From: Macrostomum lignano
Lineage: Eukaryota
Reading direction: 5' to 3'
Length of the DNA: 32,807 bases
NCBI GenBank assembly: GCA_002269645.1
Contig: NIVC01004869.1
Coordinates: forward strand, 1-32,807
Below are positions 1 to 10,855 of the stretch, piece after piece. Below the pieces are notes generated by a model. It worked only from the letters and a program-made list of their open reading frames with translations. It searched no databases and was not told the DNA's origin. The stretch's first letter is position 1, and each line of letters begins with the position of its first letter. The translations under genes were made by a program, and so were the position numbers.

Positions 1-302
1 GGCAGACAAGAGTTGATAATTGCTTGCCACGGCTGCAGAATCCCAGGCAGGAAAAAAATAGCTAAAAGATGCCAAGTAGTTGCCATGCATGTCTACAGGT
101 AGATCTGCGCTGAAATTTCATTGCACCTGAGAAGAAAAAAGAAACAGTGTGTGAATTACCATGGCGACAGCTGCTGCAGCTCTGAGACCTGTGCCTCAGA
201 AGATATAGTTAATAATACAATATTACGTACGCGTAGGGCTGACTGGTTGGTTACTTACTCACTTCTCAGCTTCATCCATTAACCCAGGCCGGCTGTCTGA
301 AA

Positions 303-1227
303 ATGCCACATTTCAGAGCGGCCAACGATGCCCAGTTCCATCCCTACCTGCCCACGGACGCCACTGTGGTGTGGAATACGAAAATTAGTGGAGTGGATTA
401 CAGCTTGGCTCTCGGTGAGTTGATTGGCTCTAGCTAAAACAAACTGATTACTATAATTAGAAATAATTAATAATTAATACTTAATGTTGCCAGAAAATTT
501 TCTATTGTACCTTCAGATAAGGAATCGCTGGATCTCTGGTGCAATGATAATGTCATTGATGCCGAGGTGAGATAATTGAGATTCTCATTGGTGAGATATC
601 GATAATTGAGACTCTCATTAGTTGAGATATCGATAATTGAGACTCTCATAGGTGAGATATCGATAATTGAGACTATCATTAGTTGAGATATCGATAATTG
701 AGACTCTTGTAGGTGAGATATCGATAATAGGGACTCTCATGGATGAGATATCGATAATTGAGACTCTCATTAGTTGAGATATCGATAATTGAGACTCTCA
801 TTAGTTGAGATATGGATAATTGAGACTCTCATACATGAGATATCGTTGATTGAGATTATCATACATGAGATATCGATAATTGAGACTCTCATACATGAGA
901 TGTCGATAATTGAGACACTCATTTGTGAGATATCGATAATTGAGACTTTTATATGTAGTATTTGAGACTCTCATTGGTGAGATATCGATAATTTAAGGTT
1001 CTCATTTGTAAAAATCGATAACTAATATTCTCCCCAAATGCCACCATATAAAAACTTTGAATTCAATACACCAGTGCGACTTCAACGACACCGGCTCTAA
1101 GATGGAGTTCCAGCTGGCGGGCAAGCGAGCCTGCCTCAAGATGCAGCCCAGCAGCCGCGGCACCAAATACAGACTGACCTTGGACGGGGCCAAGGTGCCC
1201 AAAGCAAAGGCCACCAATCAGGATTAA
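303..1227 (+). CDS. FAIM: FAIM (Fas apoptotic inhibitory molecule)-like protein, C-terminal domain only; exons 303(or 270)-414, 517-566, 1075-1227
   Basis: Exons join in frame across GT-AG introns (ctcg|gtgagt, cttcag|AT, GAG|gtgaga, ccag|TGC). They give MPHFRAANDAQFHPYLPTDATVVWNTKISGVDYSLALDKESLDLWCNDNVIDAECDFNDTGSKMEFQLAGKRACLKMQPSSRGTKYRLTLDGAKVPKAKATNQD* (104 aa). This matches the FAIM C-terminal pattern TW..HMDGENFRIVLEKDAMDVWCNG..GEFVDDGTETHF..HTLIVD as recalled. The start is uncertain: ATG 303 or an upstream exon. Confidence 0.85.
567..1000 (+). repeat. 30-31 bp minisatellite filling FAIM intron 2
   Basis: About 14 copies of GAGATATCGATAATTGAGACTCTCAT(TAGTT/AGGT/ACAT), starting at the splice donor. 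Confidence 0.95.
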
Positions 1228-1485
1228 AGGGGTCTCCAAGCTTAAATTAACTTGTCTATTAGTTAAAACAAAATTAACACGAAAATTTTGACAATTTCTC
1301 GTTAAAAAGTAGAAAATGCCTTAGATATTGTTTAAACGCAAATATTTTACTTTTAATTTTGCCTTTAAACTGCTTCTACGAAACCTTTTCACACCCTTTT
1401 ATTTAGAAATTTACCGCACTTCTAAATGTCATGTTCTGCTTTTCGATAATTGGGCTAGTTACTCGTATAGAGGGACGCCTCAAAT

Positions 1486-2428
1486 CTACAGAATGTGGCG
1501 CCACAAAAACAACAGAATGGGGCGCCACAAAGGCTACAGAATGTGGCGCGACAAAGGCTACAAACTGGGGCGGCACAAAGGCTACAGAATGTGACGCCAC
1601 AAAGGCTACAGAATGTGGCGCCACAAAGGCTACAGAATGTGGCGCCACAAAGACTACAGTATGTGGCGCCACAAAAACTACAGAATGGGGCGCACAAAGG
1701 CTACATAATGTGGCGCGACAAAGGCTACAGAATAGGACGCCACAAAGGCTACAGAATGTGGCGCCACAAAGGCAACAGAATGTGGCGCCACAAAGGCAAC
1801 AGAATGTGGCGCCACAAAGGCAACAGAATGTGGCGCGACAAAGGCTACAAACTGGGGCGCCACAAAGGCTACAGAATGAGGCGCCACAAATGCTACAGAA
1901 TGTGGCGCCACAAAGGCTACAGAATGTGGCGCCACAAAGGCTACAGTATGTGGCGTCACAAAAACTACAGAATGGGGCGCCACAAAGGCTACAGAATGTG
2001 ACGCGACAAAGGCTACAGAATAGGACGCCACAAAGGCTACAGAATGTGGCGCGTCAAAGGCTACAGAATAGGACGCCACAAAGGCTACAGAATGGGGCGC
2101 CACAAAGGCTACAGAATGTGGCGCCACAAAGGCTACAGAATGTGGCGCCACAAAGGCTACAGAATGGGGCGCCACAAAGGCTACAGAATGGGACGCCACA
2201 AAGGCTACAGAATAGGACGCCACAAAGGCTACAGAATAGGACGCCACAAAGGCTACAGAATGGGACGCCACAAAGGCTACAGAATAGGACGCCACAAAGG
2301 CTACAGAATAGGACGCCACAAAGGCTACAGAATGAGGCGCCACAAAAGCTACAGAATGAGGCGCCACAAAGCCTACAGAATGAGGCGCCACAAAAGCTAC
2401 AGAATGAGGCGCCACAAAGGCTACAGAG
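1486..2428 (+). repeat. 24 bp minisatellite
   Basis: About 39 copies of GGCTACAGAATGTGGCGCCACAAA with local variants (TAGGACGCC, TGGGACGCC, TGAGGCGCC). Confidence 0.97.
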
Positions 2429-2970
2429 GGAAATTCGAATGGCAAACAGCACAGGTGAAGTTCTTCATCTTTCATTCTATCATCGCATCTATCAAGGCAT
2501 TAATAAAGTTTTACTTATGTTTTAATTACTTTTCTCAATATATTGTTCTTCGTAAGGAAACAATTTTTCTGTAAAAACTTTACGAACTTTAATTCTCTAT
2601 TTTCGAATTAATATTGATAGAAGTTTCTTTTCATTTTAAAGTACACTCTAATTACCGTCATTTCTGTGATGCAACTGTGTGCACTAAAATATTTAGTTGG
2701 TTGGGTATCACGTATTGTTACAAGTTACAATGCGGGTAGATTTTCCACTAAAGTAATTTGTCACTCCAGACAAATACAATTAAACTGCTGTTAAGTAATA
2801 TATATATATACTCGTACATGTATATTATTAAAACTTTCATTGTAATTTCTGCAATTGCTGAGATATGTGCAACTTGTTTATTTCAAATTGTTTCATACAT
2901 TGCCAGAATGTCAGAAAGTTATGAAACTTGTTGGAATGCTTGAAGTTTTAGTAACAAGGGGTTGCTTAGT

Positions 2971-4890
2971 GTCAGGAAAGGAGGAGACGCTGAAGTTAGT
3001 GTCAGGAAAGGAGGAGACGCTGAAGTTAGTGTCAGGAAAGGAGGAGACGCTGAAGTTAGTGTCAGGAAAGGAGGAGACGCTGAAGTTAGTGTCAGGAAAG
3101 GAGGAGACGCTGAAGTTAGTGTCAGGAAAGGAGGAGACGCTGAAGTTAGTGTCAGGTAGAGGCGCTGAAGTTAGTGTCAGGAAAGGAGGAGACGCTGAAG
3201 TTAGTGTCAGGTAGAGGCGCTGAAGTTAGTGTCAGGTAGAGGCGCTGAAGTTTGTGTCAGGTGGAGACGCTGAAGTTTGTGTCAGGTGGAGACGCTGAAG
3301 TTAGTGTCAGGTAGAGACGCTGAAGTTAGTGTCAGGTAGAGGCGCTGAAGTTTGTGTCAGGTAGAGGCGCTGAAGTTTGTGTCAGGTAGAGGCGCTGAAG
3401 TTTGTGTCAGGTAGAGGCGCTGAAGTTTGTGTCAGGTGGAGACGCTGAAGTTTGTGTCAGGTAGAGGCGCTGAAGTTAGTGTCAGGTAGAGGCGCTGAAG
3501 TTAGTGTCAGGTAGAGGCGCTGAAGTTTGTGTCAGGTAGAGACGCTGAAGTTAGTGTCAGGTAGAGGCGCTGAAGTTAGTGTCAGGTAGAGACGCTGAAG
3601 TTAGTGTCAGGTAGAGGCGCTGAAGTTTGTGTCAGGTAGAGGCGCTGAAGTTTGTGTCAGGTAGAGGCGCTGAAGTTTGTGTCAGGTGGAGACGCTGAAG
3701 TTAGTGTCAGGTAGAGGCGCTGAAGTTAGTGTCAGGTAGAGACGCTGAAGTTAGTGTCAGGTAGAGACGCTGAAGTTAGTGTCAGGTAGAGACGCTGAAG
3801 TTAGTGTCAGGTAGAGGCGCTGAAGTTTGTGTCAGGTGGAGACGCTGAAGTTTGTGTCAGGTGGAGACGCTGAAGTTTGTGTCAGGTGGAGACGCTGAAG
3901 TTAGTGTCAGGTAGAGACGCTGAAGTTTGTGTCAGGTAGAGACGCTGAAGTTAGTGTCAGGTAGAGACGCTGAAGTTAGTGTCAGGTAGAGGCGCTGAAG
4001 TTTGTGTCAGGTAGAGGCGCTGAAGTTTGTGTCAGGTTGAGGCGCTGAAGTTTGTGTCAGGTGGAGACGCTGAAGTTTGTGTCAGGTAGAGGCGCTGAAG
4101 TTAGTGTCAGGTAGAGGCGCTGAAGTTAGTGTCAGGTAGAGGCGCTGAAGTTAGTGTCAGGTAGAGACGCTGAAGTTAGTGTCAGGTAGAGGCGCTGAAG
4201 TTAGTGTCAGGTAGAGGCGCTGAAGTTAGTGTCAGGTAGAGACGCTGAATATAGTGTCAGGTAGAGGCGCTGAAGTTTGTGTCAGGTAGAGGCGCTGAAG
4301 TTAGTGTCAGGTAGAGGCGCTGAAGTTTGTGTCAGGTAGAGGCGCTGAAGTTAGTGTCAGGTAGAGGCGCTGAAGTTAGTGTCAGGTAGAGGCGCTGAAG
4401 TTTGTGTCAGGTAGAGGCGCTGAAGTTAGTGTCAGGTAGAGGCGCTGAAGTTTGTGTCAGGTAGAGGCGCTGAAGTTTGTGTCAGGTGGAGACGCTGAAG
4501 TTAGTGTCAGGTAGAGGCGCAGAAGTTAGTGTCAGGTAGAGGCGCTGAAGTTTGTGTCAGGTAGAGGCGCTGAAGTTAGTGTCAGGTAGAGGCGCTGAAG
4601 TTTGTGTCAGGTAGAGGCGCTGAAGTTTGTGTCAGGTGGAGACGCTGAAGTTAGTGTCAGGTAGAGGCGCTGAAGTTAGTGTCAGGTAGAGACGCTGAAG
4701 TTAGTGTCAGGTAGAGACGCTGAAGTTAGTGTCAGGTAGAGACGCTGAAGTTAGTGTCAGGTAGAGGCGCTGAAGTTTGTGTCAGGTGGAGACGCTGAAG
4801 TTAGTGTCAGGTAGAGGCGCTGGAGTTAGTGTCAGGTGGAGACGCTGAAGTTAGTGTCAAGTAGAGGCGCTGGAGTTAGTGTCAGGAAAG
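2971..4890 (+). repeat. 30 bp / 25 bp satellite array
   Basis: Six 30-mers GTCAGGAAAGGAGGAGACGCTGAAGTTAGT (2971-3150), one 25-mer, one 30-mer, then about 67 25-mers GTCAGGT(A/G)GAG(G/A)CGCTGAAGTT(A/T)GT. The array ends in GTCAGGAAAG. Confidence 0.97.
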
Positions 4891-5472
4891 CATGATATTT
4901 TTGTCTAGTTTTTTAAGCACTCGTATTTCACTGAGTTGTCAGACATAATTTAATTAGGAGTAATTATTGCACCTCAACTATCTTCAGGAACAATGACAAC
5001 AAGTAATATTTAATCATAAATAGAATATCAAAGCTCATTCCTAAACACAAAATTACGAAGTATAACTAAAATGAACTTTATGAAGTGACTTTATAGTCTA
5101 TTGCGATAGAAACACAGCACTCATTTGTTATAGGTACCTACCCACTTACTTTGTGTTCAACACGCCATTGACTACACGTCTCGATTAAAACAAAAGTAAT
5201 GGAACAACTCTTATCTAGCCAGTTGGGTATTATAAATTGTTTGTATAGGGGTAGGAGGGATGGGGAGGTAGAGATCGAGAGAATTTACATGTAACTTTTT
5301 TCCTAATTCATTATTGCTCCATTACGGGGTCTAGCTAATATATTTGGGATAAAATATTTCATACCGGATCAGTTAATTGGCAATTATATATATTAGCACT
5401 GATGGATGTGTTGTGGATTTTGACAGGCTACAATGTGTGGGCCTGCGTCGCGGGAAAAAGCTTGGGGAGCCG

Positions 5473-7991
5473 CCCAGTGAAAAAAATGATATGGATTCCA
5501 TGTGGATTTTTCATATGAAATCCATATGTGCATTTGTCTCCGTCCATCCATGTGGAATCAAGATATGGATTCCACATGGAAGATCCACATGGAAGTAATT
5601 ATGTATTTCACATAGAATCCACATTGTCATTGAGTAAGCAGCCATTATACTGGTTGCCATAATAAATTGTTGCATCCTAAATCACAAAATAATACCAGAT
5701 CTTAAAATTTCATACGAACCCAGATCTCAATACTATATAAAAGAAACTGAAACACAGATAAAAACACTAGCTATAGCCAAAAATATTTCTGCACAAAAAT
5801 ATATTCAAACAGGATGTCTCAATAAGTAAGGTGTATTTATGTACAGTAGTGAGTCACTGGCACACAAAGAATAAAGACACTGATGTAGATATTGATATCT
5901 TTAAAGTTGCGCTGCGCATATGATATAATATATAATTTGAAATTGACATTGTCAATAGCATTAATTAATTAACAATAATATAATGCACCAGAATTAAAAC
6001 AGTCAGAAACATGCTGCTGCCAATTGCCAGAATGCTGCTTCTTCAGGTCAGGTGAGCAACCTTAGAAAAGAAAGGGGTTAAATAACAGAATTTTATAACA
6101 GATTGATGACAGATTTTGTAATAGATTTTGATAGATTTTGATCATATAACAGATTTTGATGACAGAAAAAAATCAGTTTATAACTAAAACTTACCATTGC
6201 TTCACAAAAGGTAGCATTCTAGATATTAAATTCAAATTCCAAGTAGCTTTGCATGCTTCTTCAAAGGCAAGACCAAGGTGACATCCAAGTTTGAGGATGG
6301 GCCATGTAATATTAGGCATGCATGAAATAGAAAAATAATTGTTGCCAATTAAAATTGGTAGATTATATTGATATAATTCATAAAACTAATTTAAGGATGA
6401 ATACTTAATAAAGTTTATTTTAAAATTAACTAGGCCTAAGTCCTAGGTTTATTTTTTATGCACAGTGTGCATATGTACCCTAAATTTTAAAATGACACCT
6501 TGAAAATTGAAATTAAAAAGTGGATACAGCTTAGGTGCAATCTCATTACCTATTTTTCTATTGAAGCCTTATTTGCACTGCCTTTATATTAGAAAAAAAT
6601 TGTATTCTAAGCCTTAAAATCATAAAACCCTAAAAGTGAGCATAGGCCCCTAGGGTATGATTTTGCCACTTGTCTCTAGCAAAAAGAAAACCCTACCTAA
6701 GTCAATCAATAAAATTACCAATGAAATAATAAGTACAAAAAAAGTTAATATATGTTTCTATAAATTTAATTTTTTATTTAAAATTGATTTTAGACTATAA
6801 AGTATTTAGGCAATGCAATGCACGTTTTTTATATTTGCTAGCCTAGTATGATTTAACATTAGGCCTAAGCCTAAATAGCTAGGCCTATGCCCTATGGCTA
6901 TTAAATACTAGACTTGGCCTAAATCAGATCAAATTTACAATAATCATTATTTATTAATAATAGCAACCTTAGGGATCTGCTAGGCTAGCTATGCCAAAAG
7001 CAAGTTGCAAGTGTAATTGTAGAATTATTTATTACAAATATTGTTTTTAAAAATGCAACAAGTCCAAAAGATGCTAATAGGCTTTTTTAAAGAAAATCAT
7101 AAATTAATAGATTTTTAACAGATTAACTAGATTGACTAGTCACAAATCACAAAGTCAAGCTAGTCCCAACCTTAATTAAAATAGAAGGACCTAAATTGAT
7201 AGTTATAGGCCTAGCTTAAAATAGGCCTAATAAGCATACATATAAATAGATAGGTAGGACTAAGAGGAAATTATGAACTTCTAAAGGCCTATTTAAGTTA
7301 AAAAAATGAGTAGCCAATCTATGGACATGGCCATGGGATTCCTAGAAATTGGATAGGCCTAAATAAATTTATCATGGATTTTACCAAAATTATTAGGCCT
7401 ATCTATGATAAAATACTGATTTATCTAATTTCTAATCCCATGGAGGCCATGGTCTTATAAGTTATTGCCTATAGGCTAGGTCTACTAATTTTTTTAAGGT
7501 GCTTAAATAGCCATAAACAAGGCAATTTATCTTTCAAGGCCTTGAACCAAGACATTGACGAATATAAAAAAGTAATTTAATTTTAAAAAGCACGAAACAT
7601 TTTTTATTGTTTACTTCTATTTTGTCTATTTTAACAAAAAGTGTCCTTTTTTCCGATTATAATTTAGCTTTAAGATATTAATTTTTACTTAAAAGCATAT
7701 AAATATAATAATTAATTTTAGAAATTTCATAAAAACGTCTGAATGTGGTGTATCACAGTTTTTTATCGAAGTGGATTCCATATTGAATCAATATACGCTT
7801 ATTTCTCATGAATTCCTTGTAAAATCCACATCAACATTAGGACAGTAAAAATAAAAAAATAATGCGTAAAAAATACTTTGCATACCATTATGTCATCTTT
7901 AAGTCATTAATTTGCAAAAATTAAAGAAACATTTAAATTCCACATGGCCACGTGGAACCCACGTGGAATCCATGAATCATTTTTCACTGGG
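5473..7991. mobile_element. Non-autonomous DNA transposon, CMC/EnSpm(CACTA)-like, about 2.5 kb
   Basis: TIR CCCAGTGAAAAA(AA)TGAT..ATGGATTCCA(T/C)GTGG at 5473, inverted copy ending at 7991. CG flanks both ends (possible 2-bp TSD). Subterminal CCACATGG/CCACGTGG/GGATTCCA repeats on both sides. CCCAG fits the CMCWR terminal consensus. AT-rich interior with no transposase ORF seen. Confidence 0.75.
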
Positions 7992-8689
7992 CGAGTACGT
8001 TATAGTCAAGCTTCAGGCAGTATAGAGATCGTTGCTAATTAATATTGCTAGTTTATTGTAGCAGCAGGCACGGACGGAGATCCAGACAATTATAAGTGAT
8101 TAGTGCATTAATTATGAATGTAGTATATGCATTTAGGACTCATATGCAGGCCATGAGTGCGGGTTTTGAATAGTAGAGGCAGTTTGCTTTACATGGGATT
8201 GTTGGGAGGGTTGGTTCAACACTTCGCCAAAAGCAATTAATAAAGAAAATATAATGACTATAATACATATGTATATATGTCAAGGACGGCTATAATTGCT
8301 GTATACCTGAACCAGCGGCTATATAGGCAATTCTACCTTCATTTGCACTGACTCCTAAACCAACACCGTTACGTACGCAGGCGCGCGCATTCATAGGAGT
8401 ACAATTAACACTCATCTCCAGGGTCGTGAGACTCTGGTATTGCTGCATGATGGCGTGACCATTTGCTGTCAAATTTGACCGCAGCTCCATGGGCGCTTCC
8501 TGTGGACAGAATTATAGTGCATGATGGCTTCCAAAAACTGACCTACTGAAATGGCCGTACTTAAAATTAAAACAAAAATTTATATCAATCGCAAGTTACA
8601 TGTTACTTACATGTACGAGCTTTTAAAAACCTGATTACGTCACACATGCATATTTAGGAGTGTACGGGAATTGCATGGCGATCAAGGGA

Positions 8690-9420
8690 CAAAAAAACTA
8701 GCGAGAAGTTTCTCTATATAAACTTCTACTATACATGTCGTACATGTACATACATGTATGTATAGCGAGAAGTTACAAAATGGCTGACGTACATCTATAC
8801 ACATGTACGTACCGTACATTTGCATGCAGTGATGTGGCTACGGATTACGCTTGGTCGGGTACGTGACGTCATAGATCTGCTCAACAACTCTCTAATATTT
8901 TTCACCCGGACTTGAAAAATGCATTTTATAGCAACTTTGCTAAAATCTTGCTGCTTCAGTGATTTCGAACAATTATATTTAGAGGAGCTTTAGCGGGAGT
9001 GATTGCAGAGAGATCGACGAGGGAGCTCCATAGAGGATCCCGGGAAATCGGTAAGCCAAAGACAAACATCGCAAGACATCGCCGAATCCATGCACCGCCG
9101 CACGTACAGAACCATGCAATGAGTTAAGATAAGACAAGAAATCGGTAAGGTTGAGGATCGAATCCTCTTAATTCTTAACCACAATTGCCTTGGATCTTCT
9201 CGACCCTCAGCGTCGGGGAAAACGCATGTACATGCAATTCAATAAATTCTCAGTATATTTAGAATTTTTATTTTTATTTTTGTAATAGTAACTAAAATTT
9301 GCTGAAGTTCTAAGAGAAGTTGCACGGCCGCGACGACATTGCAACTCAAGATATTCGTTTCTAATCTGGTCGAGTAGGTGGTGGTGCGGCTGCAGAATTC
9401 AGGTACGTTTTCTGAGCTGC
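8690..9420. promoter_or_regulatory. CpG-rich promoter-like / first-exon-like region of an unidentified gene
   Basis: CpG-rich compared with its flanks. YY1-like CAAAATGGCT at 8776-8785, CRE palindrome TGACGTCA at 8864-8871, and plus-strand donor-like sites (AAATCG|GTAAG twice, CAG|GTACGT). Confidence 0.25.
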
Positions 9421-10250
9421 AATTTCCGCGTGATATTTTATGTATACACGTGTGTATAGCCTAATCCGAGTTCCAAGATGAGATAAGTGGTAAAAGAGGC
9501 CCAGATGTTGATATCAACTGAACCGAGGCATATGTTCCGAGGCAAATGTTTTAAAACAAATTTTGCGTCATCTTATAAAACAAAACTTTATTTTCTTTTA
9601 AGCTTTAATACTTTATGAAAAATTTAAGACAGAAAAATAAATTCCTTATTAATAAAAAATTAAGTAATAATAAGTTTCGCGAATTCAGGTTCGCCAGACC
9701 ATAGCGAAAACCATGCAAAACGAATGCTTCTAAGGCTATACCGAACATGTAGGCCTTGTAAAGCACTGATATATTATTATATCTGACCACTCGCTTATGG
9801 TAGGTAGGCCCCTAGCTTATGGTATTTTGGAACTGCTTAGCACATGCCATGCTGTAGCATGTGGTATGTGAATTATATTCTAATATAATTCACATATGAT
9901 TATATGAACTAATATATAGCCAATGTGAATTCTGTGGTTTAGTAAGGTCACAATTAGGTAGATAGTTAATAGCTTAAAATACATGGCAAATTACTTTAAT
10001 TTGGCCTACAAGGCCTACATTAGTATATATACAGGCCCTATCCTATAGGCCTATCTCTATCATTGGCCTAGATGGAAGTAATAGTCCTGCCATACTATTT
10101 CAGTTTTTTATACTTCAAGTAATTTAGCCTACTATGAATTTTTTGTATCTTTATTTGCCTTTCTCTCCTTGTCTTATATAGCAACTTTAAATTATATAAA
10201 TCTAGGTTAGCAAGTCAGAGCTAAGCTTTCTATATGACTATAGGCCTAAT

Positions 10251-10801
10251 GGCAATCCTACACTTCCGTTCGGTAAATTATTTTCACATTTGAATTCGTA
10301 CCACCGAGTCAAATGACGTCGATTGGCAATGTGTCTATGGCCAAAAGTTTGAGCGAACAGAGTTTAAAGGGGTGTCAGTTTAAGGGAGCTGTTGCTTGTG
10401 AGCTGCTTGTTTTATTGAGCTTCAATTTCTCATATCTTCCAGTCTTCATTGCCATGGAGACATGTCCACACCAACACCGTGGAGGGCACATGGGCCCACG
10501 CGAAGCGCAAGATCCGCAACATGCATGGCACGAGCGACGCTCTCTTTGATGCACACATTGAGGAATTTCTCTGGCGTCGTCTGTATCCCCAATGTCCATT
10601 TGGGGCTATCCTGTACTGGATTGGACATTACTATCCATTGTAGACACCTTAATGACCTATAGACACTCTAAGTGACTATGCGCTCTAACAGACTGCTACC
10701 ATGTTCCACTGTTTTAGTTTTGTTTGGTTACATTGTTATTTACCACGCCTGTTCAAAATTCAATGTCAAAATAATTTACCGAACGGAAGTGTAGGATTGC
10801 C
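10251..10801 (+). mobile_element. Merlin (IS1016/IS1595-related) DNA transposon, internally deleted, 551 bp
   Basis: About 45-bp TIR GGCAATCCTACACTTCCGTTCGGTAAATTATTTT(C/G)ACATT(T)GAATT at both ends, first 34 bp perfect and starting with GG. Right flank is ACTATAAT; left flank is ACTATA[GGCCTA]AT. A transposase remnant lies inside. Confidence 0.9.
10461..10643 (+). pseudogene. C-terminal fragment of an ISXO2/IS1595-like (Merlin) DDE transposase
   Basis: HVHTNTVEGTWAHAKRKIRNMHGTSDALFDAHIEEFLWRR matches the family motif HTNxxEGxW..K.....G.....F..HLxEFxWR with the catalytic Glu. The N-terminal DD part is missing. Confidence 0.85.
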
Positions 10802-10855
10802 ACTATAATTAATTATATTATATGCAGTTAAAAAAATAAATTTAAAGAATTAATT

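Noticed and set aside
467-1217. Minus-strand ORFs 467-679 and 1002-1217
   Set aside because: One is the antisense of the intronic minisatellite and the other the antisense of FAIM exon 3.
1328-2574. Long ORFs (up to 364 aa) with PQRLQNVA, GHKGYRM or VAFVAPHS repeats
   Set aside because: The 24-bp unit is a multiple of 3, so several frames on both strands stay open. Non-ATG starts, frame switches and no flanking domain.
2855-3214. ORFs with VSGKEETLKL or VSVRKGGDAE repeats
   Set aside because: Translation of the 30-bp satellite units.
567-4890. Regular repeats that could be mistaken for CRISPR arrays (also 24706-27115)
   Set aside because: Head-to-tail units with no unique spacers, no cas genes, and a eukaryotic intron-containing context.
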